DNA of 64,000 nucleotides from the human T2T-CHM13v2.0 reference genome, Homo sapiens: NCBI RefSeq assembly GCF_009914755.1, contig NC_060940.1, one strand, 5' to 3'. The translations under genes were made by a program, and so were the position numbers. Positions 31,201-46,466 of this stretch are shown here, one piece after another. The notes under the pieces were generated by a model. The model was not told the origin of the DNA. It saw only the letters and a list, made by a program, of their open reading frames with translations, and did not search any database. Positions within the stretch are counted from its first letter, which is position 1. The number at the start of each line of letters is the position of its first letter.

Positions 31201-34200
31201 TTTCTTTCGATGATTCCACTCGATTCCACTTGACATTGATTCCATTCGATTCCATTCAATGATTCCATTTGATTCCAGTGGATGATGATTGCCATCGATT
31301 CCATTCGATCACTCCATTCTATTCCATTTGATGATGATTACATTCGATTCCATTTGATGATTCCATCTGATTCTATTCGAGGATTCCATTTGATTCCATT
31401 CGATGATGATTCCATTCGAGTCCATTCGATGATTTCATTCGAGTACATCCAATGATTCCATTCGAGTCCATTAGATGATTCCATTTGATTCCATTTGAAA
31501 ATGATTCTACTAGAGTCCATTCAATGACTCCATTCGAGTCCATTCAACAATTCCATTCGACTCCATTCGATGATTCCATTCGATTCCATTTGATGGTTCC
31601 ATTCGAGTCCATTTAATCATTACAGTCGAGTCCATTTGGTGATTCCACTGGATTTCTTTTGATAATGATACCATTCAATTACATTTGATGATGATCCCAT
31701 TCAATTTCATTTGATGATGATTCCATTAGAGTCCATTCGATGATTTCATTCGAGTCCCTTCATTGATTCCATCCGATTTCATTGGATGATGACTCCATTC
31801 GAGTCCATTCGATGATTCCACTCGATTCCATTAGATGACTCCATTGGAGTCCATTTGATTGTTCCATTCGATTCCATTCGATTCCTTTCGAAGATTATTC
31901 CATTTGAGTCCATTCGATGATGATTCCATTCCATTCCATTCAATGATTCCATTCGAATCTATTCCATGATGATTCCTTTCGATTCCATTCGCTGATGTTT
32001 CCGTTCAATTCCATTCGATGATGATTCCATTCGATTCCATTCATTGAGGATTCCATTTGATTCCATTCAATGATGATTCCATTCTATTCCATTCAATGAT
32101 TGCATTCAATTCCATTCAATGATTATCCCATTAGAGTAAACTCAACGATTCCATTCAATACCATTCGATGATGATTCCTTTTGAGTCCATTCAATGATTT
32201 CATTCAAGTCCATTTGATGATTCCTTTCAATTCCATTCTATGATGATTCCATTCGAGTCCATTCGATGATTCCATTCGATTGCATTCGATGATTCCATTA
32301 TATTCCATTCAACGGTGATTCCATTCGACTCCATTCGATGATTCCATTAGAGTACATTTAATGATTGCTTTGTTTTCAATTCGAAGATGATTACATTGGA
32401 TTCCATTCTATGATACCATTCGATTCCATTCAATGATGATTCCACTCAAATCCATTGGATGATTCCATTCGTGTCCATTCGGTGATTTCATTAGATTCCA
32501 TTCGAGGATGATTCCATTCGATTCCATTCGATGATTCCATTCAATTCCATTCGATGATGATTCCATTCCAGTCCATATGATCATTCCATTTGATTTCATT
32601 CGATGATGATTCCATTCGATTCCATTCGACGATTCCATTCTATTCCATTCGATGATGATTCCATTCGAGTCCATTCGATGATTCCATTCGAGTCCATTTA
32701 ATGATTCCATTGGGTTCAATTCAATGATGATTACATTGGATTCCGTTCTATGATTCCATTCAATTCCGTTCATTGACAATTTGATTCCATTCGATGATGA
32801 TTCCATTTGAGTTCATTCGATGATTCTATTCGATTCTCTTCGATGGTGATTCAATTCTATTATATTGGATGATTCCATTCGATTCCATTTGATGTTGATT
32901 CAATTCGATTCTATTCGATGATGATTCCATTGGATTTCACTTGATGATTCTATTCGATTCCATTCAATGATGATTCACTTCTCGTCCATTGGATGATTCC
33001 ATTTCATTCCATTCGATGATGATTCCATTCGATTCCATTCGATGATTCCATTTGATTCCATGCGACGGTGAGCAATTTGATTCAATTCCATGATGATTCT
33101 ATTTGATTCAATTAGATGATGTTTCCATTCGAATCCATTCCATGATTATTCCATTGGAATCCATTCGGCGATGATTCCATATGAGTCAATTCAATGATGA
33201 TTCCATATGGGTCCGTTCGATGATAATTCCATTTGATTTCATTCGATGCTTCTATTCTATTCCAGTCGATGATGATTCCGTTGGAGTCCATACGATGATT
33301 CCATTTGATTTCATTTGATGATGATTCCATTCGATGATGATTACATTGGATTCCATTCTATGATTCCATTCAATTCCATTCGTTGATGATTCGATTCCAT
33401 TCAATGATGATTCCATTTGATTTCATTCGATGATTCTATTCGATTCCGTTCGATGGTGATTCAATTCTCTTATATTGGATGATTCCAGTCGATTCCATTT
33501 GATGATTATTCCATTGGAGTCCACTTAGTGAATCCTTTGGATTCTACTCGACGATGATTCCATTCGAGTCCATTCGATGATACCATTCAATTCCATTCGT
33601 TGATGCTTCCATTCAAGTGCATTCGATGATATCATTCGATTCCATTTGATGATAATTCCATTTGATTCCATGCGATGATTCTATTCGATTCCATTCAATG
33701 ATAATTCCATTCAATTCAGTGATTCCTCTGGACTCCATTTGATGATGATTCCATTCAATGATTCCATTCGATTCTATTCGAAAATGATTCCATTTGAATC
33801 CATTTGATGATGATTCCATTAGATTCCATTTGATGATTCCATTCGATTCCATTCGACGATGATTCCATTCGATTCCGTTTGATGATTCCATTCTATTCTA
33901 TTCGATGATGATTCCATTCGATTCCATTCGATGATGATTGGATTCGATTCCATTTGATGATTTCATTTGATTCCATTCGTTAATGATTTCGATCAATTCC
34001 ATTCGATGATTCCATTCGATTCCATTGGATAATGATTACATCCGAGTCCATTCGATGATTCCATTGGAGCCTGTTCGATAATTCCATTTGAGTCCAACCA
34101 ATGATTCCATTCATTTCCATTCAATGATTCCATTCGAGTCCATTTGATCATTCCGGTAGGGTCCATTCGATGTTGATTCCATTGGAGTGCATTCGATGAT

Positions 34201-34325
34201 TCCATTCGAGTCCATTTTAGGATTTGATTCGAGTCCTTTCGATGATTCCATTCGATTCCACTCGATGATGATTTCATTCGAGTCCATTCGACACTTCCAA
34301 TCGATTCCATTTGATGATTCCATTC
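28286..34325 (+). repeat. Higher-order unit U6, 6040 bp, subtype B (6112 minus 72)
   Basis: Anchors at 28286 and 34326; 72-bp deletion junction at 31918-31941. Confidence 0.92.
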
Positions 34326-37300
34326 GAGTCCAATTGATGATTCCATTCAATTCCATTCGATGATGATTCCGTACGATTCCATTCTGTGATGATTCCATGT
34401 GATTGCATTCAATGATGATTCCTTTCGATTGCATTCGATTATGATTCATTTCGTGTTCATTCTATGGTTCCACAGGTTTCCATTCGTGTCCATTCCATTA
34501 TTCCATTCTATTCCATTTGATGATGATTCCATTCGATTCCATTCATTGGTGATTCCACTCAATTCCATTCAATGATTCCATTCCATTTCTTTCAACAATG
34601 ATTCCATTAGTTTCTAATCGATGATCCACTTGATTCCATTTGACGACGATTCCATTCTTGTCCATTCGATGATTCCATTTGATTCCATATGATGATGATT
34701 CCATTCGATTCCATACCATGATGATTCCATTCGAGTCCATTCAATGGTGATTCCATTCAATTCCATTCGATGATTCCTTTCGATTCTATTCGATGATGAT
34801 GGCATTCGATTCCTTTCAATCATTCCCTTTGATTCCATTCAAAGGTGATTTCATTCAAGTCCATTCGATAATTGCATTCGATTCCATTCTATGATGATTC
34901 CATTCGAGTCCATTTGATGATTCCATTCAATTCAAGTCAATGATGATTCCATTCGATTCCATTCGATGATTCCATTGGATTCCATTCGATGATGATTCCA
35001 TTCAAATCCATTCGATAATTCAATTCAAGTCCATTCGATGATGATTATAATCGAATCCATTCAAAGATTCCATTCAGTTCCATTCGATGATTCCCTTAGA
35101 TTCCATTCGATGATTCCACTTGATTCCATTTACGATGATTCCATTCTATTCCATGTGATGATTCCCTTCAATTCTATTCAATGGTGTCTCCATTTGATTC
35201 CATTCGACCATGATTGCCTTTGATTCCATTCAATGACTCCATTCGGTTCCTTTTGATGATGATTCCGTTCGATTCCATTTGATGATTCCATTTGATTCCA
35301 TTGGATGAGTCCATTCGATTACATTCGATGATTATTCCATTCGAGTGCATTAGATGATTCCATTCGAGTCCATTCGATGATTCCATTCGATTCCATTCGA
35401 TGTTGATTCTGTTCAAATCCATTCGATGATTCCACTCGATTCCATTCGTTGACTCCATTTGATCCCATTCGATGATTTCCTTTGATTCCCTTTGATGATC
35501 ATTCCATTTGATTCAATTCGGTGATTTCATTTGATTCCATTCAGTGATGTTTCCATTCGACTCCATTCGATGATGATTCCATTCGACTCCATTCGATTAT
35601 GATTTCATTCAATTCCATTCGATAATGATTCCCTTCGAGTCCATTCGATGATTCCATTCGATTTCATTCAACGATGATTTGATTCGTGTCCATTCGATGA
35701 TTCCATTTGATTCCACTTGATGATGATTCCATTCGAGTCCATTTGATGATTCCATTCAATTAAATACTCCGATGATTTCTTTTGAGCCCACTCAATGCTT
35801 CCACTCGATTCCATATGATGATGACTCCATTCGATGAAATTCGATGATGATTCCACTCGCTTGCTTTCGATGATGATTCCACTTGAGTCCGTTAGAAGAT
35901 TCTATTCAATTACATTCCATGACGATTCCGTTCGAGTCCATTTGATGATTCCATTAGACTCCATTCGACGATGATTCCATTCGATGTTATTCGATGATTC
36001 CATTCGATCTCATTCGATGATGATTCCATTCAACTCCATTCGATGTTTCCATTCGAGTTCATTCTATTATTCCATTAGATTCCATTCGATGATGATTCCA
36101 TTCGATTCCATTTGATGATTGCATTCTATTTCATTTGATGATGATTCCATTCGAGTCCACTCGATGATTCCATTCGAGTCCAATTAATGAATCCATTGGT
36201 TTCAATTCTATGATGATTACTTTGGATTCCATTCGTTGATGATTTCATTCGGTTCCATTCAATGATGATTCCATTCAATTCCTTTCAATGTTTCCATTCA
36301 ATTCCATACGATGATGATTCCATTTGATTTGATTCGACAGTGAGCCATTCGATTCAATTCCATGATGATTCTATTTGATTCAATTGGTTGACATTTCCAT
36401 TCGATTCCATTCGATGATGATTCCCTTTGATTCCATTCAAAGATGATTCCATTCTAGCCCATTCAATCATTCCTTTCGATTCTATTCAATGATGATTCCA
36501 TTCATGTCGATTTGGTGATTCCATTTGACTTCATTTGATGATGATTCCTTTCAAGTTCATTAGATGATTCCATTCGATTCCATTTGATGATGATCCCATT
36601 CGAGTCCATTCAGTGATTCCATTCGTTTCCATTCCATGATGATTCCATTCCTTTCCATTCAATGATTCCATTCGATTCCGTTTGATGATGATTTCATTCG
36701 AGTCCATTTGATGATTCCATTTGATTCCATTCGATGATGATTCCATTCGAGTCCATTCGATGATTCTATTCGAATCCATTTGATGATTTCTTTTGATTAT
36801 ATTTGGTGATGATTCCATTGGAGTCCATTCAATGATTCCATTCTATTCCCATCGATGATGATTCCATTAGAGTCCATTTAATGATTCCATTTGATTCCAG
36901 TCTCTGATGATTACATTCGAGTCCATACGATGATTCCACTCAATTCCATATGATGATGATTCCATTTGATTCCATTCGGTGATCCCATTCTATTCTATTC
37001 AATGGTGATTCCATTCGAGTACATTAGATGATTCCATTCGATTCCATTCAATGATGATTCTATTTGTGTCCCTTAGATGACTCCACATGATTCCATTAGA
37101 TGATGATACTATTTGAGCCCATCCAATGATTCCCTTCGATTCCATTCGATGAGGATTCCATTCGATTCAATTCATTGGTGATTCTATTCAATTCAATTCT
37201 TTGATTCCATTCCATTCCATTCGACAATGATTCCATTCGATTTCTTTCGATGATTCCACTCGATTCCACTTGACATTGATTCCATTCGATTCCATTCAAT

Positions 37301-40300
37301 GATTCCATTTGATTCCAGTGGATGATGATTGCCATCGATTCCATTCGATCACTCCATTCTATTCCATTTGATGATGATTACATTCGATTCCATTTGATGA
37401 TTCCATCTGATTCTATTCGAGGATTCCATTTGATTCCATTCGATGATGATTCCATTCGAGTCCATTCGATGATTTCATTCGAGTACATCCAATGATTCCA
37501 TTCGAGTCCATTAGATGATTCCATTTGATTCCATTTGAAAATGATTCTACTAGAGTCCATTCAATGACTCCATTCGAGTCCATTCAACAATTCCATTCGA
37601 CTCCATTCGATGATTCCATTCGATTCCATTTGATGGTTCCATTCGAGTCCATTTAATCATTACAGTCGAGTCCATTTGGTGATTCCACTGGATTTCTTTT
37701 GATAATGATACCATTCAATTACATTTGATGATGATCCCATTCAATTTCATTTGATGATGATTCCATTAGAGTCCATTCGATGATTTCATTCGAGTCCCTT
37801 CATTGATTCCATCCGATTTCATTGGATGATGACTCCATTCGAGTCCATTCGATGATTCCACTCGATTCCATTAGATGACTCCATTGGAGTCCATTTGATT
37901 GTTCCATTCGATTCCATTCGATTCCTTTCGAAGATTATTCCATTTGAGTCCATTCGATGATGATTCCATTCCATTCCATTCAATGATTCCATTCGAATCT
38001 ATTCCATGATGATTCCTTTCGATTCCATTCGCTGATGTTTCCGTTCAATTCCATTCGATGATGATTCCATTCGATTCCATTCATTGAGGATTCCATTTGA
38101 TTCCATTCAATGATGATTCCATTCTATTCCATTCAATGATTGCATTCAATTCCATTCAATGATTATCCCATTAGAGTAAACTCAACGATTCCATTCAATA
38201 CCATTCGATGATGATTCCTTTTGAGTCCATTCAATGATTTCATTCAAGTCCATTTGATGATTCCTTTCAATTCCATTCTATGATGATTCCATTCGAGTCC
38301 ATTCGATGATTCCATTCGATTGCATTCGATGATTCCATTATATTCCATTCAACGGTGATTCCATTCGACTCCATTCGATGATTCCATTAGAGTACATTTA
38401 ATGATTGCTTTGTTTTCAATTCGAAGATGATTACATTGGATTCCATTCTATGATACCATTCGATTCCATTCAATGATGATTCCACTCAAATCCATTGGAT
38501 GATTCCATTCGTGTCCATTCGGTGATTTCATTAGATTCCATTCGAGGATGATTCCATTCGATTCCATTCGATGATTCCATTCAATTCCATTCGATGATGA
38601 TTCCATTCCAGTCCATATGATCATTCCATTTGATTTCATTCGATGATGATTCCATTCGATTCCATTCGACGATTCCATTCTATTCCATTCGATGATGATT
38701 CCATTCGAGTCCATTCGATGATTCCATTCGAGTCCATTTAATGATTCCATTGGGTTCAATTCAATGATGATTACATTGGATTCCGTTCTATGATTCCATT
38801 CAATTCCGTTCATTGACAATTTGATTCCATTCGATGATGATTCCATTTGAGTTCATTCGATGATTCTATTCGATTCTCTTCGATGGTGATTCAATTCTAT
38901 TATATTGGATGATTCCATTCGATTCCATTTGATGTTGATTCAATTCGATTCTATTCGATGATGATTCCATTGGATTTCACTTGATGATTCTATTCGATTC
39001 CATTCAATGATGATTCACTTCTCGTCCATTGGATGATTCCATTTCATTCCATTCGATGATGATTCCATTCGATTCCATTCGATGATTCCATTTGATTCCA
39101 TGCGACGGTGAGCAATTTGATTCAATTCCATGATGATTCTATTTGATTCAATTAGATGATGTTTCCATTCGAATCCATTCCATGATTATTCCATTGGAAT
39201 CCATTCGGCGATGATTCCATATGAGTCAATTCAATGATGATTCCATATGGGTCCGTTCGATGATAATTCCATTTGATTTCATTCGATGCTTCTATTCTAT
39301 TCCAGTCGATGATGATTCCGTTGGAGTCCATACGATGATTCCATTTGATTTCATTTGATGATGATTCCATTCGATGATGATTACATTGGATTCCATTCTA
39401 TGATTCCATTCAATTCCATTCGTTGATGATTCGATTCCATTCAATGATGATTCCATTTGAGTTCATTCGATGATTCTATTCGATTCCGTTCGATGGTGAT
39501 TCAATTCTATTATATTGGATGATTCCACTCGATTCCATTTGATGATTATTCCATTGGAGTCCACTTAGTGAATCCTTTAGATTCTACTCGACGATGATTC
39601 CATTCGAGTCCATTCGATGATACCATTCAATTCCATTCGTTGATGCTTCCATTCAAGTGCATTCGATGATATCATTCGATTCCATTTGATGATAATTCCA
39701 TTTGATTCCATGCGATGATTCTATTCGATTCCATTCAATGATAATTCCATTCAATTCAGTGATTCCTCTGGACTCCATTTGATGATGATTCCATTCAATG
39801 ATTCCATTCGATTCTATTCGAAAATGATTCCATTTGAATCCATTTGATGATGATTCCATTAGATTCCATTTGATGATTCCATTCGATTCCATTCGACGAT
39901 GATTCCATTCGATTCCGTTTGATGATTCCATTCTATTCTATTCGATGATGATTCCATTCGATTCCATTCGATGATGATTGGATTCGATTCCATTTGATGA
40001 TTTCATTTGATTCCATTCGTTAATGATTTCGATCAATTCCATTCGATGATTCCATTCGATTCCATTCGATAATGATTACATCCGAGTCCATTCGATGATT
40101 CCATTTGAGCCTGTTCGATAATTCCATTTGAGTCCAACCAATGATTCCATTCATTTCCATTCAATGATTCCATTCGAGTCCATTTGATCATTCCGGTAGG
40201 GTCCATTCGATGTTGATTCCATTGGAGTGCATTCGATGATTCCATTCGAGTCCATTTTAGGATTTGATTCGAGTCCTTTCGATGATTCCATTCGATTCCA

Positions 40301-40364
40301 CTCATGATGATTTCATTCGAGTCCATTCGACACTTCCAATCGATTCCATTTGATGATTCCATTC
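34326..40364 (+). repeat. Higher-order unit U7, 6039 bp, subtype B (6112 minus 72 minus 1)
   Basis: Anchors at 34326 and 40365; 72-bp deletion junction at 37958-37981; one G missing at 40303/40304. Confidence 0.92.
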
Positions 40365-43300
40365 GAGTCCAATTGATGATTCCATTCAATTCCATTCGAT
40401 GATGATTCCGTACGATTCCATTCTGTGATGATTCCATGTGACTGCATTCAATGATGATTCCTTTCGATTGCATTCGATTATGATTCATTTCGTGTTCATT
40501 CTATGGTTCCACAGGTTTCCATTCGTGTCCATTCCATTATTCCATTCTATTCCATTTGATGATGATTCCATTCGATTCCATTCATTGGTGATTCCACTCA
40601 ATTCCATTCAATGATTCCATTCCATTTCTTTCAACAATGATTCCATTAGTTTCTAATCGATGATCCACTTGATTCCATTTGACGACGATTCCATTCTTGT
40701 CCATTCGATGATTCCATTTGATTCCATATGATGATGATTCCATTCGATTCCATACCATGATGATTCCATTCGAGTCCATTCAATGGTGATTCCATTCAAT
40801 TCCATTCGATGATTCCTTTCGATTCCATTCGATGATGATGGCATTCGATTCCTTTCAATCATTCCCTTTGATTCCATTCAAAGGTGATTTCATTCAAGTC
40901 CATTCGATAATTGCATTCGATTCCATTCTATGATGATTCCATTCGAGTCCATTTGATGATTCCATTCAATTCAAGTCAATGATGATTCCATTCGATTCCA
41001 TTCGATGATTCCATTGGATTCCATTCGATGATGATTCCATTCAAATCCATTCGATAATTCAATTCAAGTCCATTCGATGATGATTCCAATCGAATCCATT
41101 CAAAGATTCCATTCAGTTCCATTCGATGATTCCCTTAGATTCCATTCGATGATTCCACTTGATTGCATTTACGATGATTCCATTCGATTCCATGTGATGA
41201 TTCCATTCAATTCTATTCAATGATGTCTCCATTTGATTCCATTCGACCATGATTGCCTTTGATTCCATTCAATGACTCCATTCGGTTCCGTTTGATGATG
41301 ATTCCGTTCGATTCCATTTGATGATTCCATTTGATTCCATTGGATGAGTCCATTCGATTACATTCGATGATTATTCCATTCGAGTGCATTAGATGATTCC
41401 ATTCGAGTCCATTCGATGATTCCATTCGATTCCATTCGATGTTGATTCTGTTCAAATCCATTCGATGATTCCACTCGATTCCATTCGTTGACTCCAGTTG
41501 ATCCCATTCGATGATTTCCTTTGATTCCCTTTGATGATCATTCCATTTGATTCAATTCGGTGATTTCATTTGATTCCATTCAGTGATGTTTCCATTCGAC
41601 TCCATTCGATGATGATTCCATTCGACTCCATTCGATTATGATTTCATTCAATTCCATTCGATAATGATTCCCTTCGAGTCCATTCGATGATTCCATTCGA
41701 TTCCATTCAACGATGATTTGATTCGTGTCCATTCGATGATTCCATTTGATTCCACTTGATGATGATTCCATTCGAGTCCATTTGATGATTCCATTCAATT
41801 CCATACTCCGATGATTTCTTTTGAGCCCACTCAATGCTTCCACTCGATTCCATATGATGATGACTCCATTCGATGAAATTCGATGATGATTCCACTCGCT
41901 TGCTTTCGATGATGATTCCACTTGAGTCCGTTAGAAGATTCTATTCAATTACATTCCATGACGGTTCCGTTCGAGTCCATTTGATGATTCCATTAGACTC
42001 CATTCGACGATGATTCCATTCGATGTTATTCGATGATTCCATTCGATCTCATTCGATGATGATTCCATTCAACTCCATTCGATGTTTCCATTCGAGTTCA
42101 TTCTATTATTCCATTAGATTCCATTCGATGATGATTCCATTCGATTCCATTTGATGATTGCATTCTATTTCATTTGATGATGATTCCATTCGAGTCCACT
42201 CGATGATTCCATTCGAGTCCATTTAATGAATCCATTGGTTTCAATTCTATGATGATTACTTTGGATTCCATTCGTTGATGATTTCATTCGGTTCCATTCA
42301 ATGATGATTCCATTCAATTCCTTTCAATGTTTCCATTCAATTCCATACGATGATGATTCCATTTGATTTGATTCGACAGTGAGCCATTCGATTCAATTCC
42401 ATGATGATTCTATTTGATTCAATTGGTTGACATTTCCATTCGATTCCATTCGATGATGATTCCCTTTGATTCCGTTCAAAGATGATTCCATTCTAGCCCA
42501 TTCAATGATTCCATTCGATTCTATTCAATGATGATTCCATTCATGTCGATTTGGTGATTCCATTTGACTTCATTTGATGATGATTCCTTTCAAGTTCATT
42601 AGATGATTCCATTCGATTCCATTTGATGATGATCCCATTCGAGTCCATTCAGTGATTCCATTCGTTTCCATTCCATGATGATTCCATTCCTTTCCATTCA
42701 ATGATTCCATTCGATTCCGTTTGATGATGATTTCATTCGTGTCCATTTGATGATTCCATTTGATTCCATTCGATGATGATTCCATTCGAGTCCATTCGAT
42801 GATTCTATTCGAATCCATTTGATGATTTCTTTTGATTATATTTGGTGATGATTCCATTGGAGTCCATTCAATGATTCCATTCTATTCCCATCGATGATGA
42901 TTCCATTAGAGTCCATTTAATGATTCCATTTGATTCCAGTCTCTGATGATTACATTCGAGTCCATACGATGATTCCACTCAATTCCATATGATGATGATT
43001 CCATTTGATTCCATTCGGCGATCCCATTCTATTCTATTCAATGGTGATTCCATTCGAGTACATTAGATGATTCCATTCGATTCCATTCAATGATGATTCT
43101 ATTTGTGTCCGTTAGATGACTCCACATGATTCCATTAGATGATGATACTATTTGAGCCCATCCAATGATTCCCTTCGATTCCATTCGATGAGGATTCCAT
43201 TCGATTCAATTCATTGGTGATTCTATTCAATTCAATTCTTTGATTCCATTCCATTCCATTCGACAATGATTCCATTCGATTTCTTTCGATGATTCCACTC

Positions 43301-46300
43301 GATTCCACTTGACATTGATTCCATTCGATTCCATTCAATGATTCCATTTGATTCCAGTGGATGATGATTGCCATCGATTCCATTCGATCACTCCATTCTA
43401 TTCCATTTGATGATGATTACATTCGATTCCATTTGATGATTCCATCTGATTCTATTCGAGGATTCCATTTGATTCCATTCGATGATGATTCCATTCGAGT
43501 CCATTCGATGATTTCATTCGAGTACATCCAATGATTCCATTCGAGTCCATTAGATGATTCCATTTGATTCCATTTGAAAATGATTCTACTAGAGTCCATT
43601 CAATGACTCCATTCGAGTCCATTCAACAATTCCATTCGACTCCATTCGATGATTCCATTCGATTCCATTTGATGGTTCCATTCGAGTCCATTTAATCATT
43701 ACAGTCGAGTCCATTTGGTGATTCCACTGGATTTCTTTTGATAATGATACCATTCAATTACATTTGATGATGATCCCATTCAATTTCATTTGATGATGAT
43801 TCCATTAGAGTCCATTCGATGATTTCATTCGAATCCCTTCATTGATTCCATCCGATTTCATTGGATGATGACTCCATTCGAGTCCATTCGATGATTCCAC
43901 TCGATTCCATTACATGATTCCATTGGAGTCCATTTGATTGTTCCATTCGATTCCTTTCGAAGATTTTTCCATTTGAGTCCATTCGATGATGATTCCATTC
44001 CATTCCATTCGATGATTCCGTTTGATTCCATTCGATGATTCCCTTCGATTCCTTTCTTTGATGATTCCATTCCATTCCATTCAATGATTCCATTCGAATC
44101 TATTCCATGATGATTCCTTTCGATTCCATTCGCTGATGTTTCCGTTCAATTCCATTCGATGATGATTCCATTCGATTCCATTCATTGAGGATTCCATTTG
44201 ATTCCATTCAATGATGATTCCATTCTATTCCATTCAATGATTGCATTCAATTCCATTCAATGATTATCCCATTAGAGTAAACTCAACGATTCCATTCAAT
44301 ACCATTCGATGATGATTCCTTTTGAGTCCATTCAATGATTTCATTCAAGTCCATTTGATGATTCCTTTCAATTCCATTCTATGATGATTCCATTCGAGTC
44401 CATTCGATGATTCCATTCGATTGCATTCGATGATTCCATTATATTCCATTCAACGATGATTCCATTCGAGTCCATTCGATGATTCCATTAGAGTACATTT
44501 AATGATTGCTTTGTTTTCAATTCGAAGATGATTACATTGGATTCCATTCTATGATACCATTCGATTCCATTCAATGATGATTCCACTCAAATCCATTGGA
44601 TGATTCCATTCGTGTCCATTCGGTGATTTCATTAGATTCCATTCGAGGATGATTCCATTCGATTCCATTCGATGATTCCATTGAATTCCATTCGATGATG
44701 ATTCCATTCCAGTCCATATGATCATTCCATTTGATTTCATTCGATGATGATTCCATTCGATTCCATTCGATGATTCCATTCTATTCCATTCGATGATGAT
44801 TCCATTCGAGTCCATTCGATGATTCCATTCGAGTCCATTTAATGATTCCATTGGGTTCAATTCAATGATGATTACATTGGATTCCGTTCTATGATTCCAT
44901 TCAATTCCGTTCATTGACAATTTGATTCCATTCGATGATGATTCCATTTGAGTTCATTCGATGATTCTATTCGATTCTCTTCGATGGTGATTCAATTCTA
45001 TTTTATTGGATGATTCCATTCGATTCCATTTGATGTTGATTCAATTCGATTCTATTCGATGATGATTCCATTGGATTTCACTTGATGATTCTATTCGATT
45101 CCATTCAATGATGATTCACTTCTCGTCCATTGGATGATTCCATTTCATTCCATTCGATGATGATTCCATTCGATTCCATTCGATGATTCCATTTGATTCC
45201 ATGCGACGGTGAGCAATTCGATTCAATTCCATGATGATTCTATTTGATTCAATTAGATGATGTTTCCATTCGAATCCATTCCATGATTATTCCATTGGAA
45301 TCCATTCGGCGATGATTCCATATGAGTCAATTCAATGATGATTCCATATGGGTCCGTTCGATGATAATTCCATTTGATTTCATTCGATGCTTCTATTCTA
45401 TTCCAGTCGATGATGATTCCGTTGGAGTCCATACGATGATTCCATTTGATTTCATTTGATGATGATTCCATTCGATGATGATTACATTGGATTCCATTCT
45501 ATGATTCCATTCAATTCCATTCGTTGATGATTCGATTCCATTCAATGATGATTCCATTTGAGTTCATTCGATGATTCTATTCGATTCCGTTCGATGGTGA
45601 TTCAATTCTCTTATATTGGATGATTCCACTCGATTCCATTTGATGATTATTCCATTGGAGTCCACTTAGTGAATCCTTTGGATTCTACTCGACGATGATT
45701 CCATTCGAGTCCATTCGATGATACCATTCAATTCCATTCGTTGATGCTTCCATTCAAGTGCATTCGATGATATCATTCGATTCCATTTGATGATAATTCC
45801 ATTTGATTCCATGCGATGATTCTATTCGATTCCATTCAATGATAATTCCATTCAATTCAGTGATTCCTCTGGACTCCATTTGATGATGATTCCATTCAAT
45901 GATTCCATTCGATTCTATTCGAAAATGATTCCATTTGAATCCATTTGATGATGATTCCATTAGATTCCATTTGATGATTCCATTCGATTCCATTCGACGA
46001 TGATTCCATTCGATTCCGTTTGATGATTCCATTCTATTCTATTCGATGATGATTCCATTCGATTCCATTCGATGATGATTGGATTCGATTCCATTTGATG
46101 ATTTCATTTGATTCCATTCGTTAATGATTTCGATCAATTCCATTCGATGATTCCATTCGATTCCATTCGATAATGATTACATCCGAGTCCATTCGATGAT
46201 TCCATTGGAGCCTGTTCGATAATTCCATTTGAGTCCAACCAATGATTCCATTCATTTCCATTCAATGATTCCATTCGAGTCCATTTGATCATTCCGGTAG

Positions 46301-46466
46301 GGTCCATTCGATGTTGATTCCATTGGAGTGCATTCGATGATTCCATTCGAGTCCATTTTAGGATTTGATTCGAGTCCTTTCGATGATTCCATTCGATTCC
46401 ACTCGATGATGATTTCATTCGAGTCCATTCGACACTTCCAATCGATTCCATTTGATGATTCCATTC
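40365..46466 (+). repeat. Higher-order unit U8, 6102 bp, subtype B (6112 minus 10)
   Basis: Anchors at 40365 and 46467; 10-bp deletion at ~43941-43954. Confidence 0.92.

Noticed and set aside
28998-35223. The only plus-strand ORFs (61 aa at 28998 and 35038)
   Set aside because: Opened by chance where the 29144/35184 substitution removes a TGA; there are two because of the 6040-bp duplication.
40033-40488. Longest ORF (151 aa)
   Set aside because: Produced by the 1-bp deletion at 40303/40304 joining two spurious frames.
44683-44688. GAATTC (EcoRI site) seen only in U8
   Set aside because: A single private C>G substitution; useful only as a mapping marker.
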